Of a stretch of 43,401 nucleotides of DNA, positions 23,048-35,879 are shown one piece after another. The stretch comes from Hydrurus foetidus (taxonomy: Eukaryota). The stretch's first letter is position 1. Each line of letters opens with the position of its first letter. The notes beneath the pieces are model-generated. The model did no database searches, was not told where the DNA came from, and was given only the letters and a program-made list of their open reading frames with translations. Position numbers and translations under genes: made by a program. Location: assembly GCA_900617105.1 (NCBI GenBank), contig UYFQ01000484.1, forward strand, positions 1 through 43,401, read 5' to 3'.

Positions 23048-24469
23048 ATGAGAGGACGTGGAAGTCCTAGAGATCAAGGACGTGGCAGAGGCTACTTTGG
23101 TAGAAGCGGCAGAAGCCCGCAGAATCATCCAGGCCGAGGAGGCCTTGTACCAGCAATTGGTGCATACTTGGATCTACCACCGGGAAAGGACATTGTCCCT
23201 GGAGCGGTTACCAAGTGGATGATCAAGATAAAAGAGCACACCATGATTAATAGCGACACCAAGATCAGTCTGATCTTCGGTCAAGATGGGACTCTGGGAG
23301 ATTACCCTGTGTTCGTGGCACCAGTGGAACCTCCCGCCGACGCACCACCTATTGACAAGAAGAAATGGGAGATCGATTCTTCTGAATATAAAGCGCAGAA
23401 TCGAAAGCTCGAAGCAGACAAGAGTAAGCTTCTGGGTACCATGTTGGGCCAAATGTCTGAGAGCTCCAAAAGCAGAGCACGCGAGATTCCAGCAGGAGTG
23501 CAAGCCGATAGCGAATGCGACCCTAGGAAATTGCTTATTGCAATTCTAGCGAGTCATATCGGAGATTCAACTCTAGGAGTAGCACACCAGTTGTTCAATA
23601 TAGCACAACAATATAACAACTTGGTGATGGGACCATACGATAATCTGAGCACGTATTACACTAATACGAAGTCAGCGTTGACAGCGATTGAGCAAGCCTA
23701 CGGAATGGCAGGGAGAACTGGGATCAACGAGGTCTATGCTGAAGATCAGATGGCGCAAAAGTTTATTATGGGACTCAGCAGCCAGTACGAGGAGTTCAAA
23801 TCTTTTTCTGTAAACAACCTTAAGCCATGGCCGCACGCACTGGAAGATGCCTATTATGAGGCTACGAAGTATAGCCCTAAGCGTACGAGCGGGAACGCAC
23901 AAGGGGGATTTGAAAGAGCAAACGCCTTCTCAATGACGGGAAGAGGAGGCAGATCAGGCAGAGGAGGCAGGGGTAGATACCCCCTTGGACAACGAGACCA
24001 ACCCGTGTTCAATGGTAGATGTGAGAAGGACAGTTCAGAATCCCCAGAGGGGATGAAGGGGTCACCACTAGCAGTGTACACGGCAAGTGCCACACCGCCA
24101 CATGGATACAAAAAGGGGCCGTGCAATAACTGTGGGAAATACGAACACTATGCATTCGAGTGCAGAGGAGAGCCACAGAAGATGGAGGCGAAGTATTGGA
24201 ACGACCCCAAGGGTTCCGGGGGAGGAAAGGCCACACCACCGAACTGGAAAGGGAAAGTAAGTGGATTTCATGATTTCTTACATGATGACTTTGATAGTAA
24301 TGTTCAATCTAATGTGAAACATGATGATAAAAATAGACATGTTAAATTTTCAAACTGTGTACATATCAAAATAATAGATGATAAAGCTCCTGTCAAGACT
24401 GCCGTAGTGGATAGAGTAATGTTTAGTATAGATTTCACCAATCATATTAATGTGTTTCATGATAACTAA
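23048..24469 (+). CDS. Copia Gag
   Basis: RG-rich segments and CCHC knuckle CNNCGKYEHYAFEC. The stop lies just before a protease-like LLDTRA. Confidence 0.85.
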   Translation: MRGRGSPRDQGRGRGYFGRSGRSPQNHPGRGGLVPAIGAYLDLPPGKDIVPGAVTKWMIKIKEHTMINSDTKISLIFGQDGTLGDYPVFVAPVEPPADAPPIDKKKWEIDSSEYKAQNRKLEADKSKLLGTMLGQMSESSKSRAREIPAGVQADSECDPRKLLIAILASHIGDSTLGVAHQLFNIAQQYNNLVMGPYDNLSTYYTNTKSALTAIEQAYGMAGRTGINEVYAEDQMAQKFIMGLSSQYEEFKSFSVNNLKPWPHALEDAYYEATKYSPKRTSGNAQGGFERANAFSMTGRGGRSGRGGRGRYPLGQRDQPVFNGRCEKDSSESPEGMKGSPLAVYTASATPPHGYKKGPCNNCGKYEHYAFECRGEPQKMEAKYWNDPKGSGGGKATPPNWKGKVSGFHDFLHDDFDSNVQSNVKHDDKNRHVKFSNCVHIKIIDDKAPVKTAVVDRVMFSIDFTNHINVFHDN

Positions 24470-27400
24470 CTGCTGTTAGATACCCGTGCTGGTGAATCTG
24501 TGTTTAGAACTGATAGTCTGTTCTATCACATTGTACACGCACCTGTACCTATGGTAGTCAACGGTGTAAATAGTAAGTGTGAACCGATGGTCAGTGCGGA
24601 ACTACGGACTTTGGTGTAGTATACTATTATTCAGATTGTATAGCTAACTTTTTGTCTTTTGCAGATATGGTAAATAATTGTTACTCAGTTTGTTATAGTA
24701 GCAAAAATGATTTTTACTGTTTGCAAGTGAAAAGAGGCGGATGTAGATATTACTTTAATAGGGATAAAGAGTACAACATATATATATGCGATTTAAACAG
24801 TATGGTAAGTAAACCTAATTTAATGTTAGTTACTACAGTTAATGATAAGATGAAAAAGTATACAGTTAAACAAGTAAAACAGGCTGAATTGGCTGGGGAG
24901 TATCAGAGGAAATTAGGATACGCTAGTCCAGGACAGCTAATCAAGTTAATAGGACAAGGCAAGCTAGTTAACGGAAACATTACGGCACAAGACGTAGTTA
25001 GATCTTTACACATCTGGGGTCCTGACTTAGGCTCCCTAAAGGGGAAAACGCCAAGCCATCAGGCTCAGATAGAAGAAGAACTGCCTATATTAGATAACTT
25101 ACAGGAGAGGGATCAGATTACATACATAGACCTTATGTTTGTAAATGGTAATCCGTTTTTGATAGCAGTAGTTAAACCCTTAGAATGCGTTATGGTGAAT
25201 AAGTTAAATAAGAGAGATAATCTCACACTATGGACTAGCTTAGAGAGTGATATTAGACATATTACTAAGTATGGATTTAGTACAGACCTAGTGAGAGTAG
25301 ATGGTGAAGGGGCCATTAACTCGACATGGTTTGAGACTAAGTTAGCATCTATAGGTACAGCATTAGATACGACTGGAGCAGGAGAGGCAGTGACTGTTGT
25401 AGAACGCAAGATTAGACAAGTTAAGGATAAAGTTAGAGCAGTAGTAAATACATTACCGTATAATTTAACAGAGAAGTTGGACGGATGGCTAGTTAGATAT
25501 GCAGTAAACCGAATAGTTCTAGTACCTACTAGGAATACTATAGAATACTCTAGCCCGAGAGAGAAATAATATGGTAGAAAATAAATGTAGATAAAGAGAT
25601 AAAACATGGATTTGGAGACTATGTGCAGGTCCACTCGGACAACATAGAGAACTCTAATAAATCAAGAACTTCGGGTGCCATAGCTCTTATGAGTGCTGGT
25701 CACCTTGAGGGATCTCGGTACTACATTTTGCTCAGTAACGAACAGATAGTTAAGCGTACTAAAGCGACGGTATTGCCTGTACCTGATGAAGTGATCATAC
25801 ATCTGAATAAGCTGTCAGCTAATAGAAAAATTCGCAGGCAAAATAATACTAATCAACCACTATTTGAACAGAGTAAAAGAGTAATACCTGATGATGGTTT
25901 ATAGTATGATGATGACACAATATATAATACTACTAATAGAAGAATAAGTAGTCCAGTAGATGCACATTCAGATGAACTGTATGACACTGTTTATGAAGAT
26001 GTTGTGTACAATGAACCGATGAACATTGATACACATGTAATGGACGAAGTGACTGATGTTAATGAAGCGCAATTCGAAACTGATGATGTTGACATTGGAC
26101 CTGTTGTGTATGACGATACATTAATAGGATATGATGTACCTGAAGTAGAAAGCACGTACGTTGTTGATGAAGTAGTTACACCTGTTGAACCCACTGATGT
26201 AATTGATGATACGTACGCACATGATGACGTACTTACGGATGAATTACCTGAGATTGAGCAGCCTGTGTTGAGGCGTAGCGCTCGCAACCATCAACCTGGT
26301 CGATGGGCACCTCCAAGAAGAAACAGAAATGTAAATTGTTACATGAATGATAAGATACAAAGTTACGATAATTCATATGTATTTAATATGACTGTAAAAG
26401 ACGGAATCACTAAGCTGGGAGATATAGCAGTAGATTCAATAAGAAAAGATGCAACAGATGTGTGAAAAAGATGTGTGGGAGGGAGTACTGATCAACTCAC
26501 TTAGTCCATTAAAGAGAAACAACATCATAACTAGTAGTATGTTTTTAAAGGATAAATATACTGCTGAGGGTAAATTCGATAAGCTTAAGTCAAGATTAGT
26601 AGCAGGAGGTCATTTGCAAGATAGAGATATATATGATAACGGCTCATCTCCTACAGTTAGTACTACTAGTGTGATCATAATTGCTGCCATTGCTGCTAAA
26701 GAAAATAGATCATTAGCTACGATAGATTTTCCAGGCGCATTTTTAAACAGCGATATGCCATCTGAGGGTACCCATACTGTGTTTATGAGACTAAATAAAT
26801 ACTTAACCGATGTATTAATTTCTATTGATAAATCATACTTAAAATACGTTAATGAGAAAGGCACTTGCATTGTTAAACTGAAAAAAGCATTGTACGGATG
26901 TGTTGAATCTGCTAAATTATGGTATGACAAAATTTCACATGACCTGTATAATTTGGGTTATAAATCTAATGCATACGACATGTGCGTATTTAACAGAACT
27001 GAAAATAATAATACTCAAAATACATTAATAATTCACGTTGATGATATGATGATATCGTGTTGTAATGAAAAATATGTAGATATGGTTATTGAACAAATTG
27101 GAAACTTATATCCTGGTCTAACCAAACATCGAGGAAAAGTACTTAATTACATAGGTATGACTTTCAATTTTGAAATAGCGGGACAAGTAAAGATTACGAT
27201 GGATGAATTAATTAAAGAATTGCTTGAAGACTGTAAAAAGATGATAGGGGTGTCACACACACCCACACCGGCTAAACCAGATTTATTTACGGTTAAACCG
27301 GATAACCTTGATCCTCTGTTACCTACTACCTCTCGTGAACTTTTTCACTCTATCACGGCCAAGTTGCTTTAGCTTAGCAAAAAATCAAGACCGGACATTC

Positions 27401-27997
27401 TGACCTCGGTAGCCTTTTTGACTAAGAGAGTGACCAAGCCACAAGTGGAGGATATGAAGAAACTGGAACGCACAATCCAGTACGTACGGGAGACAAAAGA
27501 ATTCGGACTAACGCTGTCCGCTGAAGACCCAATTACTGTGAAGAGTTATATCGACGCATCTTATGGAGTGCATCAAGACATGAAGAGCCACACTGGATGC
27601 GTGATCACACTAGGAAAGGGTATGATATATGCGAAAAGTTCTACCCAGAAGCTGACCACTAAATCAAGTACTGAAGCGGAGCTAGTAGCACTGAGTGACC
27701 CGAGTAATCAAGTGCTATGGACGAGACAATTTCTCATCGACCAAGGATATAAAGACAGGAGCGCCATCATTTTTTGAGACAACCAATCAACAATCCAACT
27801 AATTAATAACGGGCGCTCCAACAGCGAACGCACAAGACACATTAATATACGGTATTTTTCCTTCAGGACCGGATAAAGAAAAAGAAATAACTATCGTATA
27901 CAAGCCAATCGACGAAATGTTAGCAGATCTGCTGACGAAACCATTACAAGGAGAACAGTTCAGACTTCTCCGAAACCTACTACTCAACACCTCCTGA
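24470..27997 (+). pseudogene. Copia pol (PR-IN-RT-RNase H), disrupted
   Basis: IN motifs IDLMFV, VDGEG, VERKIR; RT motifs KSRLVAGG, DFPGAFLN, LYG, HVDD; RH motifs YIDASY, SSTEAE, LADLLTKPL. Several stops and frameshifts. Confidence 0.93.
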
Positions 27998-28549
27998 GTA
28001 TTCCCTTCCATATGAATCCTTCTACCTACGCTTTGCCTGAAACCATCCTACTACTTCGGCCAAAATCAAATCTACGAATTGCATGACATGTTTCATTTGT
28101 TTCTATTTTTCCATCAAAAATCTACTTCCATCCAACATCACTCTCCAAGACCAAAACACTCAAGATAAAGATATTCGACTAACGGCACGCATGAAAGCTC
28201 AAGACACATCCACTGAAGACTTAATCCAATGAAGATTTCAGGCCAAAATTTCCAAAAATAAACTACCTCTCTAAATTCCTGATAAATTCTACCTATCTAT
28301 TTTTTTTATTAAATTACTTTGATCTAGGATCTTATGTGTAAGGCCCCGACGTAATATTCCGGAGTTACAATTAAAATAAATGAATGAATAAATAAAAAAA
28401 TAAGTTATTATTGAAACTAATGAATCTATATTGAATTATGTTATTACTTTTAAAAGCAAAATTATATAAAAACAATTAAATTGAATTAATACCTATAAAT
28501 TGTATGACGTAACATTTTAAATAAAATACGATAGCACATCATGGGGGTG

Positions 28550-28909
28550 TGTAGTAATATCAGTATAATAAATTGTTTAGACTAGATATTCCGTATTCGA
28601 TTTGTGATGCTATTATCTGTATTTCACTTCAAAATAACACGTGCGGTTGAACTGACAATTCGAACCGTACGACATACGATGTGACGGAGACAGAGTAGAA
28701 TAGATACGAATCAATTACAACAACTACAAACTACTTTCGATAACTGCTGAGTTGCGGCAGCGCTAATTAACCCAAACTCGTTGCCGAATGCAAGACTTCT
28801 CTTCTGAGTCCAGACAGAACGAGTAAATCAGCGTCGGAGAGTGCAGTGGGGAGCTTGTGAACTAACCGTGTAGAAGTACGGACCAGCTTTCTGTCCACTT
28901 ATTCCAACA
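28550..28909 (+). repeat. 3' LTR of the Copia element
   Basis: Direct repeat of 22650-23009. Confidence 0.97.
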
Positions 28910-30135
28910 GAAAATAGTGTCGAATCATTCGGTTTGAAAAAAGTGTAGTGGCGCATCTAAAAAACGTACAATAGTACCAATTCTGAATAATTACTGTGTG
29001 TCTACGCATCTGTACAGTATTATTACAGTAACAGTTATGTAGCAATATGCTATATCCCAGTGTGGCTTATTTTTGGTGTGAGTGCCGTGAATTGGGAAAG
29101 AATGCTTGTCAATGCAAATTCGACGCGCATTGTAGTTCAGTACTGGGATGTGCAAGAACAGCATGGAGCACTTGTTTTCTTCTGTTGTCACAATTGGGTC
29201 TCTGTACCTACTACGACTAGAGCGTGCCGTACGTTATCGAGGACGGATTTACGCTATGCATTTCGATGAGAAGTTGACCTGCATTACCCCCTTATTCATC
29301 TGTCACCAATATTTGAGCACGATGTTTCAGGCATATTTTCTGCAGATAATTCATTGTATATTCGAGAAAAATTTCTCGATTGAGTCGGATTACACCTGTT
29401 TATGCTTTTACCCGAGTGTTTATGCTTTCATCTGACATACTTAGATATGATCTCATGATTTCCCTTCGATAACTTTGGGTTGAACTTTTGTGGGGCACTT
29501 CAAAACTCATAGACCGACAAATAAATCATACATGCGAGCTAACTTGCGCTTGTTGGTGTGGTATCAGTATGGTGAGCAGCCCGCACATAATCGGCGTGAG
29601 CCATAGAGAGAGTGGCGTTTGAGTGCTTCACAATTCTCATCACTCGACTCCATTACCGCACGGTCAGTAATTTGGGCCGCAAGTAGTTGATGGCAATACA
29701 TATAGACGTAATTTCCCTGATCACCAAGCGGAAGTCGCTTCAAATACAGCCGATCAATCCTTTAAAACTTTGGACATGTTTAGATGCAGAGGCAAAAAGG
29801 CAGACAAGTACAGTTTTAGACTTTCTTCCCAAGCAAATTAGGCATATCATTAAACTTACGACGACAGCTTCAGACATTGCAATTTGTTGCAATCTATGCC
29901 CACTAAAAGTCACGATGATGGCAGTGTAGGTGCGACAGCATCACGTCCGACGAAGTTTTCTACTGGATCCAAAGATATCCGCGTAAACACTTTTCATACT
30001 GAAAACCAATTCGCTGGACTGTCGTTTGGGGGAGGAATAGTTACATTGATTACCGAAATAGCACACGACGGCATTTCCGATGATTTCCTATTTTTTTAAA
30101 TACGACTGATCATTACTTCGGGCCGATTTCAGTCG

Positions 30136-30666
30136 CTATTCGTCATCGTCCTCATCAATATCATCTTCGCTATGATCTCCGTGTGCGTCCGCTAGACTCA
30201 AGCCAAGAAAGATTTCGACAACGTTTGGCGGAATGACTTCACTTCTTGGGGCAACAGGGCTGATGTCCAGCGAATGAACGACTTGACAAAATCCGAAAAT
30301 TAATCCGACCAGACCAAAAGCTCCGAAAAACATTGAAAGAACTTCCGACGAGCTGACATGTGATGCATCGAAGTCGATACATGTCTCAGGAGCAACTCCG
30401 TCATCCCAAACCAGTTCTACTTCCTCGGGGAGCTGCGTCGTTTCAAAAAGGGAGTTTTAAGCAAGCTAAAAAATGCCATTGACTTGTGATGGGAATGCAC
30501 CAGATTGCGAAAAAATAATCACCATAGTTGATGGCGGACGCAGTTGAGCGAATGGCGGCACATTTGGACCGTGGTGATCCGAACCGTGACGAACTTGCAT
30601 ACTAGTCCTGGCCGAACGAAGACATTGCCGACGGAGGCATCTCGCTGATAGAGCCGAGAATGACAT
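30136..30666 (-). CDS. NDUFB8: Mitochondrial complex I subunit NDUFB8 (ASHI)-like, 2 exons
   Basis: Arg-rich presequence and intron 30433-30522. ELVWDDGVAPETCIDFDA followed by one TM segment resembles plant/algal NDUFB8. Confidence 0.8.
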
Positions 30667-31114
30667 CGAGTTGATCGAAAGCTGTGGAATACGGTTGCGA
30701 ATCTTTTGCAACACCTCTCACAACTCTGGTGGGGTGTAAAGGTCTTGGTTATTTTTATTGAAATACGTAAGAACGTCGATGTTGGAAGATGTAGGTAATT
30801 GATAATCGGGTAAATATATGGACATACTAAAATCTGGAAAAAAATACTATAACTAACGTTCTGTACTAAAATCTTGTAAACTTGACCAAAACATAGCCAT
30901 ACTGAAATATGGATTTGATACCTTAAATTGCAGACCAGGCTACTATTTCATAGAAGTTACACTGAAATAGTTGCGCAATACTAATTCATGGATTTGGTAC
31001 TATTCAATGTAACCCTGACTAAAATGGAGATCAACCTACTATTTCTAAGAAGTTATACTGAAATGGTTGCACAGTACTAATTTACGGATTTAGTTCTATT
31101 TGATGGAACCAGGA

Positions 31115-31212
31115 CATGAAAAGTAACGGCATGAAAAGTAACGGCATGAAAAGTAACGGCATGAAAAGTAACGGCATGAAAAGTAACGGCATGAAAAGTA
31201 ACGGCATGAAAA
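31115..31212. repeat. 15-bp minisatellite (CATGAAAAGTAACGG)x6.5
   Basis: Six perfect units plus a partial unit. Confidence 0.97.
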
Positions 31213-31318
31213 AACCTGAAAAATACGTTAGACACTGAACGTGAAAGTGACTCTTAATTTGAAGATGTCAAGTATGATATATACTGCAGTATAGCTTAAG
31301 TGGAATCAGAAATCAATC

Positions 31319-31939
31319 ATGCACGAATTCAAACCGAGTCGCAATCTGTGTTTCGCGGCCGCAATTGTTTTGCCAATGACGGCGGAGCAACAGGAGTGGA
31401 TGAGACTCGGCGGAGACGACGCTGGAAAAGTTTTCGTGGATGCGACCGGCATCGATCTTACTGACCCTGATCACGAAGGCGCCAGCACACATGACGCTAG
31501 GAAGTTCTTCGAATTCGTCGTCGAAGAGAACCGTAAGAGAGGAATCATTCTCAAGTACGAACTTAAGCGAGTGAACGGCAGGGTGGGAAAGCTCAAGAAT
31601 TGGGACGTGGGGTCGATCATGAAGACGGTCGTCAATAGGAAAGGCCACTACGTCCTCATCGGTCTTAGCAAAGAGCTCGACGATGAGCACCCTAAGATTC
31701 TGAAGAGGATCCGAGCCGTCGAAGGAGAGGAGGCGAGAGCTCTTCAGTACTTGAAGACAGCAAACGGTCGTAAATGTATCGACCATTCGGTTGGTGTTCG
31801 CATCGCAGATACCGGCAATTTACTTTTTGATACCGCATGCCGCAAAGGCAGTGTAAAATTTGACATCCTTCACCTCGCTGATAAAATGGGTGATGTTTCT
31901 CATTGTTTCTATGTTAATCTGTACGAAGTCAAGGAGTAA
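31319..31939 (+). CDS. MULE cargo protein, candidate papain-fold cysteine peptidase
   Basis: 206-aa intronless ORF with motifs in the order NLCFAAAI, DHSVGV, LLFDT. The function is inferred from motif order only. Confidence 0.6.
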   Translation: MHEFKPSRNLCFAAAIVLPMTAEQQEWMRLGGDDAGKVFVDATGIDLTDPDHEGASTHDARKFFEFVVEENRKRGIILKYELKRVNGRVGKLKNWDVGSIMKTVVNRKGHYVLIGLSKELDDEHPKILKRIRAVEGEEARALQYLKTANGRKCIDHSVGVRIADTGNLLFDTACRKGSVKFDILHLADKMGDVSHCFYVNLYEVKE

Positions 31940-32922
31940 TATAATTTTTCTATTTCCAAGGGCCTTCCCTCAATTCTTCGAAATTTCTTGCGACAACGTG
32001 TCCCGGATTCAAAAGAAATTCCCCGAAGTAATTGGCGTGGTTGGCTCACTTACGAACTTGACACACTCGTAAGTTTCTCCTTTCCAGGTGTCTGGTATAT
32101 TAAAACTACTTTTCTTGCAGGCATTACGGACATGCTTCATCTCAAGTGCTGGAGCATTTTTCTGCTTAAGTCTTTTCTTTCGAGTGCATTGTTTGTGCAT
32201 GCATTTAGTTTTAAAATTGTTTGCTGAGTTACTGGTATGTGTTTTCCTGCTGCACTAAACATTGTAACGCCGAAGATAACATAGGTTGATGACGTAGCAT
32301 ACACCTATCGTTTCGTCATGCCTATACCGTTTTCATGCACTCGACAATGACTGAATCTGAGTGCTTGAGACAGTAATGACTCTTGTGTAAAGCACTTATA
32401 TGAAGTAATGGTTGACTTCATGAACACTGTATAGGTATGACGATCGGAGAGATGCATGCTACCAAAAGCAACATGATTCGTAACAGTTTTTTCTTGGACA
32501 GCTTATTTATAAGTCAGAGCATAAGTTGCCAAAGCACAAGGTGCAAAAGCGTCCACATTAGCTTCCGCCATGCGATGACGTTTCTCCATGCAGTGACATT
32601 TCGTCCTCCAGTGACGTTCCACTAAGCATCCACTGACCATTTTGCTCCCCTGCCTCCTTCATACAATGACCTCCTCTCATCTCTCACTCTCTTCGTTCCT
32701 GCTTAAGAAGAAAAGTCTCTGGAACTCTAATGATTGATTAGTTGGCGGTGACACATTACCCAACAACATCGAATGCATAGCTACCACGTGATGGTTCAAT
32801 ATGTAACTGATCTTGCATGACTGGCAAGTAAAACGGTGCAAAATCACGCAGTCGATACGAAGTATGATACTAAAAATACTGGGAATATTAAGACAATTTC
32901 AATGAGAACTCACGTCAAATGA

Positions 32923-35068
32923 TTACTGTTCAATGGCATCAGGTTGTTCAATGTGCTCTTCTAATATAGCATGTTGAGGATTCGGAGGCGCAACTACACC
33001 CGCAAGGATAGCAGGATTTTGCTGGGGATGGTGCTGAGGAGAAACAATATCGAAGGGTTGGTGCTCCCAGGCAGGTGCAGCTTGTGGCTTTCTTCCTCTT
33101 TTTCTCTTACGTCCGAGGAGGGTGACCATAGCATCTCTGGGAGGAACAAGAGTGCCTCGGATGATAGCGACACCGAGGGAGTGACTGCAGCTGTGCTTCT
33201 TTGCATTCACTGCACAAGTACAATTGTACCCTTCTTGCCTAGTAAGATCGGGTCTGATAACACATACGTTATTTGATGTCGTTGTGAAATCATCAAAGGA
33301 TTCGAACGAAAAATTTGTGAACTTCGCCACGAAATTGGCTGCTTTATCATCTGTCAAATCACCCCTTACATCGCTATTGACGGCTACGTAGCTCCCATCA
33401 TTCGTGATACGAACTTGTCGGGCAGTGTCTCTAGACCATCTGTAAGCCTCAGTCCAGTCGCTTGTCATGATCGTATGGACGCTGGTAAATGGGATTGGAT
33501 TAGGATTTGCTGGATCCCTCCTTATAGACTGGGCACCAAGCCACCTCGATATTTCTACGAAGAAATTCAGTACAGGCAACAGCCTTCTCTGGGTTACCTC
33601 GTTCTTTATAACTCCATTGGTTGCCTCGAGTCCGTTATTATTGATGACGCAATTAGGACAGTGCCCTCTTGTCCAGTTACTTACAAGATTGTTTGTCCAC
33701 TGAGTCCTGAAATGGGAGGTGACATTCAGCACTACTGCGTTTTCACTGGCCTCCCATTTGACGAGAAATAATGCAACCGCCGATAGGGCTTGCTCTGCGG
33801 TGAACGACAGAGATAACGCATTAATGTCTTGGAGAAACATTGCTCTGACGGCCTGATCGTGGATCCTTTTCGTCTGCTTCTCCACATTCTGCGAAGTTGG
33901 AGTTGTATTAGATAAAGAAAATTTCTTAGATTGAATTCAACTATTTACTTCACTTTACTTGCCAGACTTACTTTGTACACGTGCGCGAAGCACATCAATC
34001 GGACAGCAATGGACGGAAATGTCTGCCGTGCAGCGTTGGCGTAGGCTTCTGCTGCATCTCCCAAGTATGCACGAGGGGTGAATAGTGGAACTCTGTCTCT
34101 CCAGGCACGGAGGTAAAATGCACCAACCCTCTCTGTACTATTTGACGAGATTCCAATTGCTCTCGTGTGAAATACGCGATCCGCATCTGTCTGACCTAAC
34201 ACAGTTACTGTGAATCCTTCATGAATAAGCTTGTAGGTATCGTCCATTTCAATTGGACGGGTCAGATGCGTGCCATCGATCAAGCGGGGAGTAGAAAATA
34301 ATATAGAGAAGTAGGGATCCCTAACTTGGTCATCGTGCTCGTAGTCCAATACTGCAGCTACATCGAGACCTTGATCTAAAACTGATATCAGATTACGCTG
34401 TATTAGCTCGTTAAGCTTCTTTTGTTTATTGAGTAAATCTGCTTACCTATCCTGTTCTCTCGTGCAAAAGTTTCCAAGTCCTGAAGAGATGTCTTGCCAA
34501 CAGCGATCCCACCCCTCTCACGTTTACGATAATGAGATGTGAAGCTTGATATCATGTCCGTCGTTGGAGTTGGAACAACTGGTAAGTTTGCTGCCAGTTG
34601 AATTGCGGCCTGACGAACAAACTCGTCGATGACACGTTTGGGCATGCCTTGCTTCCTCATTAAGCATTGAAGGACGATTTCCTTTTGCCGCGGTGACAAT
34701 CCCCTGAGAATAACATCTGCCGCAGTATGATCATGAACTTCATTTGCGATTTCCTCAATGAATAGATTGTCAACGTCGTCGTCGTCAGTGTCATCTAATA
34801 ATTTGACGACTCTGTATTGCTTCCTGCAACCTCCCGTATTACAGATATAGTAAGAGGTCGTGCAAGTTGCGTTGTAGTTGACTCTACCAACTTTGACTCC
34901 CAATTCAAGGAGTAAAGCTGCTACTTCAGGCTCTAGAGTAAAAAATGCGATAGATTAGTTCCACGAAAAGCGACAAGCAATATCGCCACTATGATCACCT
35001 TCGCTGAAGGATCGTAGAAATGTCCATTGAAAACCATTGCCTCTGAATCGATTCCCTAGATCCTCCAT
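32923..35068 (-). CDS. MULE transposase with SWIM zinc finger, 4 exons, ~643 aa
   Basis: Exons 35068-34999, 34932-34447, 34381-33972 and 33888-32923 are in phase. N-terminal C-x4-C..HDH finger, MDDTYK, GDAAEA, MCFAH, NNGLE, SWIM CTC..CSH, and an AT-hook-like RKRGRKP. Confidence 0.92.
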
Positions 35069-35879
35069 CGCTCAATTGTAGAATAGTGGCAACGGCGCAA
35101 AAGTTGCAACTCGCTGAACCGAAAGACAGGCATGAATCGACAGTCGCTATTACATGTTCTAGTAGCCGCTCATTTCTTTGGACTTTCAATTACAGATTTT
35201 AGCTATCGGTGCCTCAATTTAAGCACATTTCCCGTAATTTGCTGTTCAGTATACGCAATTAGTTGGAATTCATTTGATTTGATACGTGTGTAACGGATGC
35301 CCAGATATTAGTACAAAATTACATTTAAATAGTACTGTCTTGTAGTTTTCAGTACAATTTCTATTAGAATAGTTTGAATTACACATATTTAGTCAGACAA
35401 ATGTTATAGTAGAGCATTACATATTTTTAGTATTTTAATCCACGATATAGTTTTTTTTCTATTCTTTTGGTAGATTTTCTATTGATTTAGTATGGCCGCA
35501 AATGGGTGCCATTGATAATTGACAGCACTTTTGGGGATAATCTATAATTATGACCCTGAATGACCCTATGACCCTGAATGACCCTCAGGGTCATAAGGGT
35601 CATTCAGGGTCATAATTATACGGTTGTGTATGACAGTGTCGGTTATTGATGACCCTGAATGACCCCCTGACCCTCAATGACCCTTGTTTATTTATGACCC
35701 TGGTTGGCCCCGGCAAAGGCCCTTTTTTTTTGACCCCCAATGACCCTGACCCCCCAAGATACGCCGTTGAAAATTTCAAAAGGACCCTCGGTGACCCTCT
35801 GTGACCCTCAATGACCCTCGTCAACGGTTCGATATTGCGCATTCAACGCTTCTACTGCTGTCTACATAACTTCTAAAAA

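Larger units (their letters stand above)
22650..28909 (+). mobile_element. Ty1/Copia LTR retrotransposon, full length, recent insertion, coding-defective
   Basis: 360-bp LTRs with TG..CA ends, 5-bp TSD GAAAA (22645-22649, 28910-28914), order gag-PR-IN-RT-RH, and a G-rich PPT (GGGGGTG) before the 3' LTR. Confidence 0.97.
30807..35510 (-). mobile_element. Mutator-like element (MULE), probably autonomous, with a cargo ORF
   Basis: Perfect 9-bp flanking duplication ATTGATAAT (30798-30806, 35511-35519), degenerate inverted ends sharing GG.CATACTAAA, and an intact transposase gene. Confidence 0.88.

Noticed and set aside
28915..30100. Short ORFs between the Copia element and NDUFB8
   Set aside because: No recognisable domain or coherent exon chain, though a gene cannot be excluded.
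31115..31212. CRISPR-like array
   Set aside because: Identical abutting units with no spacers, no cas genes, and a eukaryotic context.
32009..32260. Possible third gene inside the MULE (minus strand)
   Set aside because: Short, apparently frameshifted, and without a recognisable motif.
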